Assembly (NCBI GenBank): GCA_951406725.2
Contig: OX597819.1
Coordinates: forward strand, 21,700,001 to 21,764,000
Length of the DNA: 64,000 nucleotides
Reading direction: 5' to 3'
Source of the DNA: Octopus vulgaris
Lineage: Eukaryota
Positions 30,697 through 48,518 of this stretch are shown one piece after another (position 1 is the stretch's first letter; each line of letters starts with the position of its first letter). The notes below the pieces were generated by a model. The model did no database searches and was not told the DNA's origin. It was given only the letters and a program-made list of their open reading frames with translations. A program made the translations under genes and the position numbers.

Positions 30697-31219
30697 GCGT
30701 ACACCCATACACACACATACACACGCGCGCGCAAATAAACATATACACAGGCACGCATACACACTTATACAATAAAAATACACGGACTCACGAATAGACA
30801 TGTACACATATACACGTACAAATTTCACATACACATTAACACACAGACACGCAAGCACTCAAATATTACACGCACAAAGCAATACAGACGGAATATTGCG
30901 AAAGAGACCAACGTGAAACTAATTAACGCCCAGCAACGAGATCATATATATACAAACACGGATGCGAGGTGGGTTGGGCGGCGTATCTATGCTGCTCTAC
31001 ATTCATTCATATATACATATATGCAAACACACACATACTTATATATATATATATAACTATATATTTGTATATATGTATGCATATATGAATAATTTTATGT
31101 ATGAGTTTATGTACATATATATATATATATAAATGTATGTATGTATATCTATGTATAAATATACGGGTTATATCTATACACACACGCGTGTATATAAATA
31201 TATATATACACAAATAAAC

Positions 31220-31258
<39 letters not shown>

Positions 31259-31719
31259 ATAAGTATTTCTGTGTGTGGGTGTAAATTAGAATCTTTGTAT
31301 ATGCATATGTATGTGTGTGTGTGTGTGTGTGTGTGTATATAAGGGTTCATTTGTGTAACTTGCTAACATCAGCCAAGACTTACATGTAGAGAAAACAAGG
31401 TAGTCTAGGAGTGATTCACATAGATACACACGCAAACACACACGCACACACACACACACGCATACATAGTACATTGTATCAATGCACACACACACACACA
31501 CACACACATACACGCGCGCGACGCTCTTTTCTGCGAACGTGTATGTGTGTGTGTGAATTTTTATATGAACCATGAATGGCTAATGATTGCATAATAATGA
31601 CTATTGGAACATCATTAGCATAAAAATAGACTAATTTATAGAGATTCGGACAGTTTGTAATTAATTAATTAAAGTGAAAATAACACACTTGAAAGTGAGC
31701 AGACGAATTCATGGCCATT

Positions 31720-32140
31720 GATGATGGCGATTTCCGCGGGTGGTGGCGATGGTGTCGATGGTGTCGATGATGGTGGTGATGACGACGACGATGGTGGCGG
31801 TGGTGGTGGGTGGTAGTGGTGGTGGCGGCGGTGGTGGTGGTGGCGGCGGTGGTGGTGGTGGCAGTGATGATTGATGACGGCAACGACGAAGATTCATCAT
31901 GACGGTGACGGTGGTGACGATGGGGAAAAGGAGGAGGTGGTGGAAGAGATGGAAGCGGTGGAGAAGGAGCAGGGAATGAAGGAGGAGAAAGGAGGCTGGG
32001 GAGAGGGAAGAGGAGGAGGACGACTAAAACAATGGCGACGGCGGTACCGGCGATGATGACGATGTTGACGACGGTGATTTTGGCCCCGGCGACAGGTCTG
32101 ATGAGGAGGAGAGGGGAAGGATGAGGAGCAGGATGACTAC
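31720..32140. repeat. G-rich low-complexity triplet region (GGT/GGC/GAT/GGA)
   Basis: Directly visible. Confidence 0.85.
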
Positions 32141-32706
32141 GATCGATCAATAGGCTAGAAATACCAGTCAAATCGCTTTGAAATCAGCATACTCTCTGAA
32201 AAAATGGAGGACAAATCGGGTAACCTATCAACAGATACATTATGTTTATAAAAATTAGATAAAAATCTCCGTGTTTTAAAAATTTTGATCATAACTGTTT
32301 TCCATCATTGCCACCCAGGGCTAAACAACGCCGATAAGAGAAACGGTCACTTATGATTTTCATTTGCAGCTTGAGCAGAAAAGATTCCACATTAAGCGAG
32401 TACCACCATTAACAAAACCTCAAGCAAAACCAAAACCTCACTCGATCAAATACGTTAACATTGCACTTTAGCGCTCTTTTTGCTTTTTGTACTTCGATGG
32501 CGTCTTTGAGCATTCTTCCTTTATAAATTATATTATAAAATATGTTGTTATTCACTACTATTCGCGTACAACAATAGAGCAATTTCCTTCTTCAGCAAGG
32601 ACTGAACAAGGCTCTGCTCCACTGATGTATTTTAATAAGACCGCAATTTGTCTGCAGTTGTCGCAGTTGTCGGCATAATTGACACAATGCTATTTGTTGT
32701 CTAGCA

Positions 32707-33120
32707 TACTCTTACTGTTTTACTCTTTTACTTGTTTCAGTCATTTGACTGCGGCCATGCTGGAGCACCGCCTTTAGTCGAGCAAATCGACCCCGGGACT
32801 TATTCTTTGTAAGCCCAGTACTTATTCTATCGATCCCTTTTGCCGAACCGCTAAGTGACGGGGACGTAAACACACCAGCATCGGTTGTCAAGCAATGCTA
32901 GGGAGACAAACACAGACACACAAGCACACACATATATATATATATATACATATATTCGACAGGCTTCTTTCAGTTTCCGTCTACCAAATCCACTCACAAG
33001 GCATTGGTCGGCCCGGGGCTATAGCAGAAGACACATGCCCAAGATGCCACGCAGTGGGATTGAACCCGGAACCATGTGGTTGGTTAGCAAGCTACTTACC
33101 ACACAGCCACTCCTGCGCCT
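32707..33120 (-). mobile_element. S1 SINE, full length
   Basis: Reverse complement of 24879-25291, including the 5' end AGGCGCAGGAGTGGCTGTGTGG. Confidence 0.93.
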
Positions 33121-34124
33121 ATGGTTTTATTCGTCACAGAATAAATTATTTCTAATTCACCTGACCGTTCTAACTGCATTAAATATAACTCCAGCTAAAC
33201 TTAGACTTAGAAAACTGCCATGGTAGACATGGAGATAATAAGGAAACTTCTACATATTAGACTACTATTATAAAAATCGTTGTCTGAGCTGCCCCTTAAC
33301 ACTCACATCTCTGAAAAGAGAAACAACATTTTGCATAAAGAATTTTGGATGACAGTTGCCTGAAAAAAAAAGTTGCTTAATATTATAGACTCTGTTTTCG
33401 ATCATAGCTTCTCATTCAGGACTAACAAGTCGCAAAAGAACAACAATAAACTACCTTAATGTTCTTTTTAAATAGTAATGGTTTAATGTGTAGTACCGAC
33501 GTTGATAAGTATCTAAGAAATGATAATGGCGTGCAAAGACTCATGAGATATGTGATTGCTTAATAAATTCTACGTAGACGTAAAACCAAAAATGATATTG
33601 CCCATGGTGAGTGCTCTTCATTGTCCTAATGGATATTTTAATCAACTTCACTTCTGGCACTCTATTGTATTCTTACTTGCGTCCTCAGCTTCTAATGGAA
33701 TATTTATTTATTCAGTTATATTATCTTGTACACTACTCTTCAACATCTACCGCGACATTGAGCCCAGATTTCCTGGTTCTTTGAGGATTTACCTATCGGT
33801 TCTTTTATGTGTTCCATTGATTAAGGCTTGTTTATGGATGTTGAACGAAACACCCATGTTTCCAATGGTGAATTATCCAAACGCCAAATAATTCCTTTCA
33901 ACACATGGCAATGATGCACATATCGTCAGCCACCAAGGGACATGCTCAACTGGTTAAGGTCAAATAACTGACAAGCAAATCTGTGGTATTGAGCAGAATA
34001 TTTGCTGTAGCCCATTTTTTTATATCAAGACAAAACAATGTACATAATAACACTTCCAATCAGTTAAGATCAGAAGCCATCAAGGCATTTAATATTTATT
34101 TATTTATCTATTTATTTATTTATG

Positions 34125-34909
<785 letters not shown>

Positions 34910-34919
34910 ACTTACTGTT

Positions 34920-35330
34920 AATCTGCACGTTTCTTATAATCACTTGCCAAGCCACATCCAGCCTCCTTGGGCGAGTGAATGATAAGAGATGTTACAGAAT
35001 CACTGAAAGTTTGGAGAGGTAAATGGCAAGGGCAGTAGCGAAATATCTTCATGTGATGCAACATAGACATCTATATTGACAGTTTTTTCTAAGGACGAGA
35101 GCAGTACTTCTGAGCAATCTTTTGGATTTCTCTGAGACATGAGTCTCCTGGGATTTATCTAGATGTTGCTTACATCTCTTTTTTATCATACCTAGGACAC
35201 CAACAACAACAGGAACAGTTCTCGCTTTAGGTTGCCACATCATTTGTATCTCAAATTCCAGGTCTTTATATTTACTGAATTTGTCAAATTCCTTTACAGA
35301 TATATTATAATTTATCTGTGGGAAAATTTT
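34920..35330 (-). mobile_element. R4/Dong family E 3' fragment
   Basis: Encodes KEFDKFSKYKDLEFE and MWQPKARTVPVVVGVLGMIKK; 3' UTR shared with 10075-10190 and 52620-52740. Confidence 0.8.
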
Positions 35331-35399
35331 TATCTATTAGTCTACAAGTATTCTCAGTCCTGCTAGCAGCCTTGATATGATTATACATTTGTGCAATGT

Positions 35400-35765
35400 T
35401 TTTTTATTGAATGTGTCTCAGTATAGTATAGGCTTTACTCGTCTCTTGATTGGTTAACCTTCTTAATGTTCCACATAAATTCCATCCCTTCTATATTTAA
35501 TAGATCCAAAATCCTGTCTATTATTAATCGATCTTCATTGTTTGAGAAGTCACTGATCTCAATTCTTTCACAATTCACGGTAGTATATTCTTGTGAACAA
35601 CTGAGCATCTCTTCCACAAAACCACTTTCGTTTCTCGTATCCTCAGCATCATCCGATGTCCTTCTTTTAATAGCTTCTAGCTCCATTTCTGTTAACCATC
35701 CATTCTTTCGTTTCACTCTCGCTTGTTCACATAATTTCTGTTCAGTAATTTCAAAAAAATCCATT
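35400..35765 (-). mobile_element. R4/Dong N-terminal ORF fragment
   Basis: EITEQKLCEQARVKRKNGWLTEMELEAIKR resembles the conserved R4-clade N-terminal domain (EQxLxxQxRxI...WL..ELE.I). Confidence 0.7.
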
Positions 35766-35776
35766 GACGTCCATTA

Positions 35777-36240
35777 TTATTGAGTGTGATAGCAACGCAT
35801 GCCATCAACGTGACACATATATAAGAAGCTCATTTCCATTTCTTCGTACTTAAGAGGGTTGTATTTATCTATCTTTTTGCCTTCCTTTTTGATTATTCGT
35901 GGGTCAAAGAGGCATGAAATATCAACTATATATCGTATGTGGTGCACTTTGTCCACCACCTCTAGGTCTAGTTTATGTTCTAGCACCTGATCTGTTTGGA
36001 TTGGGTAATCCCAGAGGAATTTGCTAATCTCCGACTTTGCCACTATCTGTGGTTTGTGTTCATACCGCGTATTGCCACTCTCTAGGCCCCACTTTTCGTA
36101 CAGTTTCCAATGTAGCATTTTCTCTACCTGAGCGTTTAACTAATACTTGCTGTGATTTTGGGCAAGTCTAGAGCGTTTGCAGTGGTTGCGTCCACTCTAT
36201 TACAGATGCGGCACAGCGGAGAAACGTGACCCTTCCTAAG
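35777..36240 (-). mobile_element. R4/Dong zinc-knuckle/RLE fragment of a further family
   Basis: LHWKL..YEHKP..FLWDYPIQTDQVLEH..IVDISCLFD..KIDKYNPLKYE; upstream SPLCRICN. Confidence 0.8.
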
Positions 36241-36712
36241 GCATTATTATCATGATCATAATCATTATTAACATAAAAGCACAACCAACCGAGAAACAGG
36301 CGTGGTTGGTCGCCAACTTCTCATCAGTTATCGGGCAAACGGGTCAATCGCAATTTCGCAACTAAATGATAATAATGCATCCCTTACAAGAAGGAGAGAT
36401 AATCATGTACGTGTATGTGTGTTTTTGTGTGTGCGTGCTTGTGTGTGTGTGTATGTGTGTGTATAGACAGATTTGTAGATATATGTGCGTATCTCAAAGT
36501 GTGCAACCGTTGATGCAAACATATTTTACTCCCTGTTCCATTTTCTCTGGGCATTAAACTAATAAACTTTCTGTTGCTCCTTCACCCGTCGTTATATCAC
36601 CGAAGGGAAAATGGAGATGAACACTGTTCCTCCATCTGATTCGCGTCAAAATTTGTTAAGGTATTAAGATACGTTTTCCTAACATGAAACCAATGGCAGC
36701 CTTAAATCAAAC

Positions 36713-36782
<70 letters not shown>

Positions 36783-36929
36783 GTTGAATGAATTATCTTA
36801 TTATGGATAATTCGGTTAACCTATAACTGGGTAGCAAATTCACGTCAGAAAAACACGGTTGAAGCTACATGCCTAGGGCAGAGATCACGTGCTATCGTGT
36901 GGAAATTTGAGTGTTTTTTTTAATACAAA

Positions 36930-37091
36930 TAAATGAAAGAATGGAGTTGAACGACGAATTAACAAAATTCCTTTATTTTATTTTCGACATATGTTTCGAA
37001 GGCTGCATAGGAATATGCAGCCTTCGAAACATATGTCGAAAATAAAATAAAGGAATTTTGTTAATTCGTCGTTCAACTCCATTCTTTCATT

Positions 37092-37093
<2 letters not shown>
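36930..37093. repeat. Perfect 80-bp inverted repeat with 4-nt GGAA spacer
   Basis: 36930-37009 is the exact reverse complement of 37014-37093; followed by (TA)n. Confidence 0.95.
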
Positions 37094-37145
<52 letters not shown>

Positions 37146-38219
37146 GTATCATGCATACATACATATCCTATGTCTGTATTAACTCTGTACAAGGACAAGG
37201 GAAACTATTATATCATGAATGAGCTATTGAATAACATAGAAATCTGAGAATTTTACTAACATTATTTCAACATTTTCGTTGAACAGCAACAACTTCCTTA
37301 CTGACACACTCCATCATCAACTTAGTAACAATCTGTCAATCGTAAGTCCTTAAACGCCAGCCGAGAATATCTGAGCAATTGTATCTCTGACGAAATGCAT
37401 ACAGATTTAAAGTGAGTTTAATAGTTTGGTATGAAATTAAAGGATTCTTTTTTAATGCAGTTACATTTGGAACAGAGCCGGTTTTCATTTCCCTTCACTT
37501 CCTCTATGTTTTGTTTCCCAGAATATTGACCATCAAGACGGGGCTTGTTCCCCATATTTTCTTTATAATAAGTTCTCGGTTTTTCCTTAGATTTTAGTTT
37601 TTATTTCTTGTTTTAATTTACTCCTTTTTATTCATATTATTTTGTTTTGATAAAAGGTTTTCGGTTTGTTTCCTCCGCGATACGTTTTCTTATTCATATG
37701 CTTAAGGTTCGTAATTCTCACTGAATTTAGGGGAAAATATGCTATTTCTAGTATTTTCGATGAGAATAAATGACATCGTTTATGATAAATGACGTTTTAC
37801 ACCTTCAGGCTTTCTCACAGCATTCTATATATTCTCTAATGCCCTACAATATGTAATAATATCATTTTCACGATTTCAGTTCATGATATCACTTAATAAC
37901 AAATACTGAAATCATATTTGTATCGTCCTCAAGAAATCTAGCTTAAACATTATTCAATTTAGCGAGAATACTTGTTCGAAAATTATTGTTTCGAAAATTA
38001 TTCGTATCATCTCTACAGATTTGAAATAATACGAGTATTTGAAGAATCGGTTGCAACAGTGAGAGCATATTTTCTTTCCGAAACATGGGAAATATTAGCA
38101 TAAATATTTGAAAGAAGTGTGTCCCAATTTGATCCTGTTTGTATTTTGGCGTCTATAAACACAATGTCTGAATCTACAAACAATGCACTTAGACACACAA
38201 ACAAACTCTTACACATTTA

Positions 38220-40915
<2,696 letters not shown>

Positions 40916-42809
40916 GTTACATACATAAGCTGATTCGAAGACTCCAGATCCAAACCATCACTAGAACTGTAAATATGGGTAAAACGTTTCAGAAGTTAAT
41001 CATTTAAGTATATATGTCTAGACATGCAACTATATTGCTGACAAAAATGTGCTGTCGTTGTTGAAATTCCAATGAAGGTTCCTCGTATCTAGGTTGGAAA
41101 CCGCCTTTCTCTCTAATGGCTAGAAATCTTGAAATAAAACTGAATAATGACATACATATATACATACATACATACATACGTATGTATAAATACATAGAGA
41201 CAGGAAATCAGACATGGAAATATATAATTACACACCTATAAATAAAGGTTTACGGAAATATAATTTCTGACACATATACTGTATTTATAAAAGCGGTGCA
41301 ATCTTCAGCAATTCGAAATATCAAGCAAAGGTACCCTTGACTGACGAAGATACTCGACTGCAGGACGAAATTGCATTTCTTGAAATATTTCATTTCCTCT
41401 ATGGCAGCATGCACTGGTGGTGTAATGTTCAGTGAAGAAAAAATCATACAGATTTTTGTGAATTGTCAATGCATATCAATAAAAATCAATAAAAATCAAT
41501 AAATATCAATGAACAAATAAATATACTTTATGTATAAAAGCAATCAGTTTTAAAAGCTATTTTTTCAGCGAGGAGGTTTCGAATTCAGTCCTGTTTCTCA
41601 CTGTCTTGTGGGTCATCTCATATAACCACAGCTTGTGAGTGAATTTGATAGACGGAGAATGTTTGGAAGCTCATCATTCATAAAATTAACTCTAATGATA
41701 ATCCTTCTGAACTAGGTCTCGATTCTGTAAGTACTTACGAATCCGATATCAGGTTATCACCTACCATTAATATTAATTATAATTACAATAATCCCAAATG
41801 AACGCCTAATTCAGAGAGAACGAATAAAAATTCTTTTATCTAGGAATACCAAATACAAGTGAATAAATGCCTATTTAATTGTAAGAACAAGATTGAATGC
41901 CCTTTATAAAATGATTGTTCAAGGAAGAACATAGCTTCTCAGTGTAAGGTAATGACAGGAGACCGTAAGTATTATCATATTGATTCGTCTCTTAGAATTT
42001 AGAAATCTAGATTTCATAATCATTTCTATTCATTGAAGTATAGAAGAAAAAGTAATTCTACAAATCTTAGTAAATGCATTTGTGATTTAATACATAGGAA
42101 CATCAAGTATGATTTAAAGTGGTGCATTATTAGTTATTCACCCTCGAACAATACTGGCAATTCTTGAAAAAATTGATTATATAATTACTTTTCATTTAAG
42201 TTCAATGCAAAAAGTTTACAATAAAATGTTACCATAAATTACGAAAGACATTCAAAAATTTAAAATCTGAACTATAGTAGTTATTCATACATTATATAAT
42301 AAGGTTAATCATTCTAAAATGTTTAATACATTTAATACATAGATAACTAATTGTTGTGAGGTAAAACCTTTGTTACTAATAATCATAACGTAGAATTCTT
42401 ATGTTCCTTTTTTTCTTTAGTTAGCTAGTGACGTCACCATTAGTTGAATACAAAAATAGCCACTTTCAAATTCTATTTCTATGTTTCTAATTGTCGTAAT
42501 GTAGAATTTTTTTGTTTGTTATCTGAGTTACAAAATCAGTGATTGAACAACACTGTATATTCTATAAATTGCAAGCGAGGTTAAACTGCTGCTATGCCTG
42601 GCGAACGAGTTCCCACCGCCGAAGAGAGCCAATACATACAGATTGAAAGCAAATGGTCTAGTGGTCTCAGTGGTATGGTGGCAGGAGTAGTCTCCCACTG
42701 CTATAAATTTTGAGTACGAGAAGAGTACTAAATAAATTAGCTGGTGGTGATGTCTACCTGGGGTTAAATGGTAGTATCGTTTAAAGTGACCATAAATAAT
42801 TATACATAC

Positions 42810-42872
<63 letters not shown>

Positions 42873-42903
42873 CAAAATAAGCAACAGGTATATCCGACGT
42901 AAT

Positions 42904-42989
42904 GTGGTACGATCGTTTCATGCTACTTCATTTTATTAAACACTGTAAGTACTACATCCGTTTTAAAATGTCGGGCAATCTTCAGCCAC
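42904..42989 (-). ncRNA. Type I hammerhead ribozyme-like motif with long stem II, in a Penelope-like pseudo-LTR fragment (about 42870-43010)
   Basis: Minus strand: GTGG-CTGAAGA-[~60-nt hairpin]-GAAA-CGATCG-TA-CCAC; canonical core, GUA triplet, ACGATCGT palindrome; the element ends at (TA)n. Confidence 0.65.
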
Positions 42990-43763
42990 CTATGGAAATT
43001 TTCCAATCAAGCGGACAATGCACATTCTTATCCCTATTTCGTTTGCCAACATTATAAAGAGGGTAGATATACAGACAGAGAGGTTGATGTCATTCGTAAG
43101 AACATGATAGTATTAAATCTACTCGCTGACTGCAGATTTTTAACTTTGTTATCACCTCATGGATTTATATGGATAATACCATATAAAATTCTGGTGCCTC
43201 TGATTTAAGTACCATATTCATCTGAATATGAATTTTGCTGAACTTATATATATATATATATATATATAAACACTCACACATATATACACACATACACTCA
43301 ATTTTAACAGACTGACTATATATATAATGAAGCGCAATGAAGTTGTGTGCATTTCGACGTTCATTGAAAAATCACATTACTACGGCTGTCATGTGGCAAA
43401 CGGATTATAGCATGCAGCGGAAGTTGGGAGAACAATTGAGGGTCTACGCAACTCTTCTACTTTCTATATCTCTACTCATTGAAAAATGTGAGAATGACAC
43501 GAAGCCTTCAGGTCAGAGACGTTTTATACAATTGAACATTCATTAATAAAAGCGAAATGATTACACACTCACACACACACACACTCACACACACACTCAC
43601 ACACACACTTACACACACATGTATGTATACATAATTCTTTCTCAATATATATACATATATATATATGTGTGTGTGTTGGGTGTGTACTTGTGTGGGCGCG
43701 CGTGCCTACTTGTCTTCACATACGTATCAAAATATAGATACGTATTTACATGTATGCACATGC

Positions 43764-43811
<48 letters not shown>

Positions 43812-44176
43812 AAGAAAAAGACAGAAAGAGATAGATTGATACATTCATACATACATTTGTACATAAATGATTACATGCATACATACATGCAAGCAGACAG
43901 ACAGGCTGACATGTTAAGCCTATGTATTAATATCAGAAAGCAAGACTGGATACCCGCTTGCGTCTTGTGGAGGTAATAGCACTGAACTGAATGAGTCATT
44001 GTAATGTATCTAACCCTTGTGAATTATGAGTTCCCTTACACAGCAAATAAAATTCCTGAAACATAAGCGTAATGAAATCTACCTTGAAGGGTCTTACTTT
44101 AACAGATTGACCCCAGGACTTAGTTTTTCGTCTGGTAGTTATTCAATCAATATTTTTACGGACACATAAACAGCCA

Positions 44177-44571
44177 CAGGAGTGGCTGTGTGGTAAGTAG
44201 CTTGTTTACCAGCCACATGGTTCCGGGTTCAGTCCCACTGCGTGGCATCTTGGGCAAGTGTCTTCTGCTATAGCCCCGGGCCGACCAATGCCTTGTGAGT
44301 GGATTTGGCAGACGGAAACTGAAAGAAGCCTGTCGTATATATGTATATATATATGTGTGCTTGTGTGTCTGTGTTTGTCCCCCTAGCATTGCTTGACAAC
44401 CGATGCTGGTGTGCTTACGTCCTCGTCACTTAGCGGTTCGGCAAAAGAGATCGATAGAATAAGTACTGGGCTTACAAAGAATAAGTCCCGGGGTCGATTT
44501 GCTCGACTAAAGGTGGTGCTCCAGCATGGCCGCATTCAAATGACTGAAACAAGTAAAAGAGTAAAAGAGTA
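44177..44571 (+). mobile_element. S1 SINE, near full length
   Basis: A box TGGCTGTGTGG, B box GGTTCAGTCCC, AAAAGAGT tail. Confidence 0.93.
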
Positions 44572-45229
44572 ACCCTCATCGGTTGTCAAGATGTAGAGAA
44601 GAGATGAACGCATACATACACGCACGAACACACACTTACGTACATAAATGCACACACACACACATATATACGATTGGCTTCCATGCAGTTACGGTCTGTT
44701 AGATTTATCCACATGGGGTTGATCTATCCGGGTACATAGCAGGACATATATCACGGATTCTGAACCCGAAACCTCATGGTTGCCAAGCGAGCTTCTTAGC
44801 CATACTGCCGTAAATAATACAGGGTCAAAACTGAAGTGCTGCACATTAAGCATTCCTTGTTATATTGAGACGATGCATGAGATAGTAAGATCTGCAACTT
44901 GAGGCAAACACCGAGGACAATTTTTGACGAGTATTTTTTTTTTTTTTTTGCTGCATCGCGGTGCCTGATATTACACTGCTATTCTCACAGTTGAAATCTT
45001 AAGCAAAAAGAAGAATAAACAAAGAAAAGAAAGAGAAATTTGAACTATTGGGTCATTGCTCATTTTGACTATCAGTATTTTATTTGACTTTGATGGTGCT
45101 CCAAGAGTTTAATGGCGAACAAAGAACCAGGAGCAAACTGCGATAGGTGATTCATTTCTCAGTGGAAGGGATGAAACGTGCAGCCCTTTCGGAGAAATTT
45201 GTACCTAGAACTTAAAGGGAGAAGAAATA

Positions 45230-45685
45230 TATTTATTCCTATTATAGGCCCAATGGCCTGAAATTTGGGGAGATGGAGCTTGTTGATTACATCGAGCTAA
45301 GTCCACAATTGGTACTTATTTTATTGACCCCGAAAGAATACAGCGTAAATTCGACCTCGGCGGAATTTGAACTCAGAACGTAAACACGGACGAAATGCCG
45401 CTTAACATTTTGCCCAGAGAGCTAACATTGTACCAGCTTGCCCCCTTCGGAAAGGATATAATAATAACAATAATTATTTCAAATTTTTGCCACAAGAGCA
45501 GTTTGCGGCAGGAGGTGAGGATGAGTCGATTACATCGTCCCTAGTGTTCAAATGGTAATTATTTTATCGTCCCTGAAACGATGAAAGGCAAAGTCGAATT
45601 TGAACTCAGAATGTAGCGACGGGCGAAATACCGCGAAACCTTTCGTCCCGGTGTGCTCGCGATTCTTCCAGCTTGCCGACTTCAG
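45230..45685 (-). mobile_element. Two tandem older S3-type SINEs
   Basis: tcgacctcggcggaatttgaactcagaacg at about 45351 and ggcaaagtcgaatttgaactcagaatg at about 45587. Confidence 0.8.
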
Positions 45686-46776
45686 AAGGAATATAATAAC
45701 AACAACAATATCATAATAAAGAGATATTGACAAACATTTCAAGAAGAAACCTCGAAAATTGTAACAATAAGTCTGAAAATAGTGTCATGCGCGCATCTAA
45801 TTTAGCCACCGATAAAGACAAACATTAATCCATGACAGATAATTAAGGATTAAACTAGAAAGATGAGTTTCTTAAAGAGTTTAGAAAACTTCTTATTTAT
45901 AACACTTTGTTTCTCTTGTATTCTACCTTTATTTTTTGCTTAATGCATTTATAAGCTATACATGTATAAATGTATGTATATATGTGTATGTATAGATGTG
46001 TTTCCTTGCGAGCGAATGTACGCATGTATATAGAGTTAGATAAATAGATAGATTGGCAGATAGATACATATATGCATATGTATGTGTACGTGCGTGTGTG
46101 TGTGTATGCCTGCATGTATGCCTATATATACACATACTCACACACGCATATATGTGTATATATATATACACACACATATTTATACGCACATATATAGGAA
46201 AGATGATATGTATATATATATATATATATTTATATATGTATGTATATATACATATATATATTTATATGTATGTATGTATCTATGTGTTTGTGTGTGAATA
46301 TGTGTCTGTGTGTATGTGTGTTGGTGTTTGTGTGTATGTGTGGATACAATTCACTTCCGAAACTTAGCGCAATATTTTTATAAGCAACAGACAGCTATAT
46401 TATAACGATGAGATATTATTAAGAAGCCTGAAGAAATGGAAATTCACTAAATCAAATAAAACTGATAAAACTCGTGGAATTATCATTGAGATGTTTGAAC
46501 TGTTCGGTCTGTGAGAGCAGAGACAATGGTGGAAATTGCTTTATTGTGAGTGCAATCTGCACTGGAGTTCATGATCTTGTGAACTTCGCTTTAGCGAAAA
46601 ATAACAGAAATAACTGTTTGAAGCTCTGTAATTCTTAAGATCTGTTTGTTCACTTGTTTATTGGTGTAGTTTGTCTTGTTTTTTTTTTTTCATTTGTGTA
46701 GTTGTTTGTTTATTAGTTCTTGTGTTGGTTTTCTTAACGTTATTGCAAATGTGCTTATGTATATATAAGTGTATGT

Positions 46777-46819
<43 letters not shown>

Positions 46820-46876
46820 CAGCTATGCGTATATGTATTTATATGCATACATAGTAACATGCGTATGCATATATGT

Positions 46877-46916
<40 letters not shown>

Positions 46917-47055
46917 GCATACATACATGCATATATATATATATATATGCGCATACATATACGTATATGGAGAAATACTTATTTTTCTTATATATACACA
47001 TATTTATATACATTAATATTTCCGAATTTGTAAATGTGCTTGTGTATGTATGTAT

Positions 47056-47093
<38 letters not shown>

Positions 47094-47110
47094 GTATATA
47101 TATATATCAA

Positions 47111-47150
<40 letters not shown>

Positions 47151-47212
47151 TACATACATATATGCGTATATATGTATGTATGTATATATATATATATATC
47201 TACATATATACG

Positions 47213-47249
<37 letters not shown>

Positions 47250-47955
47250 GCATATATATATATGCATATTCATTTATATATTTGTATATACAAACATATA
47301 TATCAATGTATGTGTGTATGCATACGTATGTGTCTATAAAGATACGTATGTATATATATTTGTGCGCCTACGTATACGTTCAGATATGCTTAGATCTGTA
47401 TACAAACAAATTTTTATATAAGAGTATGTGTGTGTGAGTGTGTGTATTCGTGTGTATATATGTGTGTGCGTGTGTGTACAACTACATTTATACACATTCA
47501 TTTTACCCCCTGTTTTTAACTTAGTATCCTGTTATTTACAATTATTCCTGTGTCTGTTTTTTTCTCTCTCTCTCTCACTAAATACACTCACACTTTATAC
47601 ATTCAGATACCCGCAGTGATACTCTGACAAAAATAAAAAGAAATCTCTCTTCTTAAATGTTGTTATTGTTTAATGTTGTCAGGAGAAACGGCCAAAAGAA
47701 TATATAAATCGAAGGTGTGAACGTGATAAAGTTACTCTGTCAGATTCCATAATACTTTTCAAATCATGTCTCTATTTTATGAAATTCTTATCAAACATTT
47801 CTTATTCTTGGAGTTAACCAAATGTTAATGGTGTTTCTTTCTATTTCTTTTCGCTCTTTCTTTCTGCCTTTCATTCTTTCTTTCTCTCTTTTCTCTCTTT
47901 CATTGTTATCTCTGATTCTCTCTGCCGTTTCTCGATATATTTCTCTCTCTCACTT

Positions 47956-47991
<36 letters not shown>

Positions 47992-48097
47992 CTTCTTCCT
48001 TTATCTTCTTACTCTGCTCTCTTTATATTACAATTTATCGCTTCCTATTTTCCTCTATCTTTTCAGCCTCTTTCTCTTTTCTCTCTCTCTCTCTCAT

Positions 48098-48135
<38 letters not shown>

Positions 48136-48449
48136 CACTGACGACATTCTACCGCCTTACCGTTTTCTTTTCCTTATCCTGTTTATATTCCTTTTCACCA
48201 CTGCATTTACCTCCCTCATTACATCCCTACCCCTTACTAGCTCTCCTCACACATCCCTCCTCTTTCTATCCTTCTCTTCTTTCTATTCCATTCTTTCGCA
48301 CTTCTTTCCCATTCTCTTCCTATTTTAAATTACTTACTTGACTCTACAACTACCTTCAGACAAAACTTTATGAAATGAATATCAAACATTTCTTCCCTTT
48401 CACGAAACATAAATGTTGGCTCTTTGTATTTCTTTTCGCTCCCTTTCTT

Positions 48450-48485
<36 letters not shown>

Positions 48486-48518
48486 CTCATTCCCCCCCTC
48501 TCTCTCTCAATTAATATT

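Noticed and set aside
31665-32171. 168-aa Pro/His/Thr-rich ORF
   Set aside because: Arises from degenerate triplet repeats; no recognisable domain.
33890-34085. Sequence recalled as a cephalopod interspersed repeat (likewise 10200-10485)
   Set aside because: No second copy, TSD or coding signal in this window; recall alone is insufficient.
42560-42790. Minus-strand FIAVGDYSCHH resembling the endonuclease GDFNxHH motif
   Set aside because: A single weak motif with no supporting neighbours.
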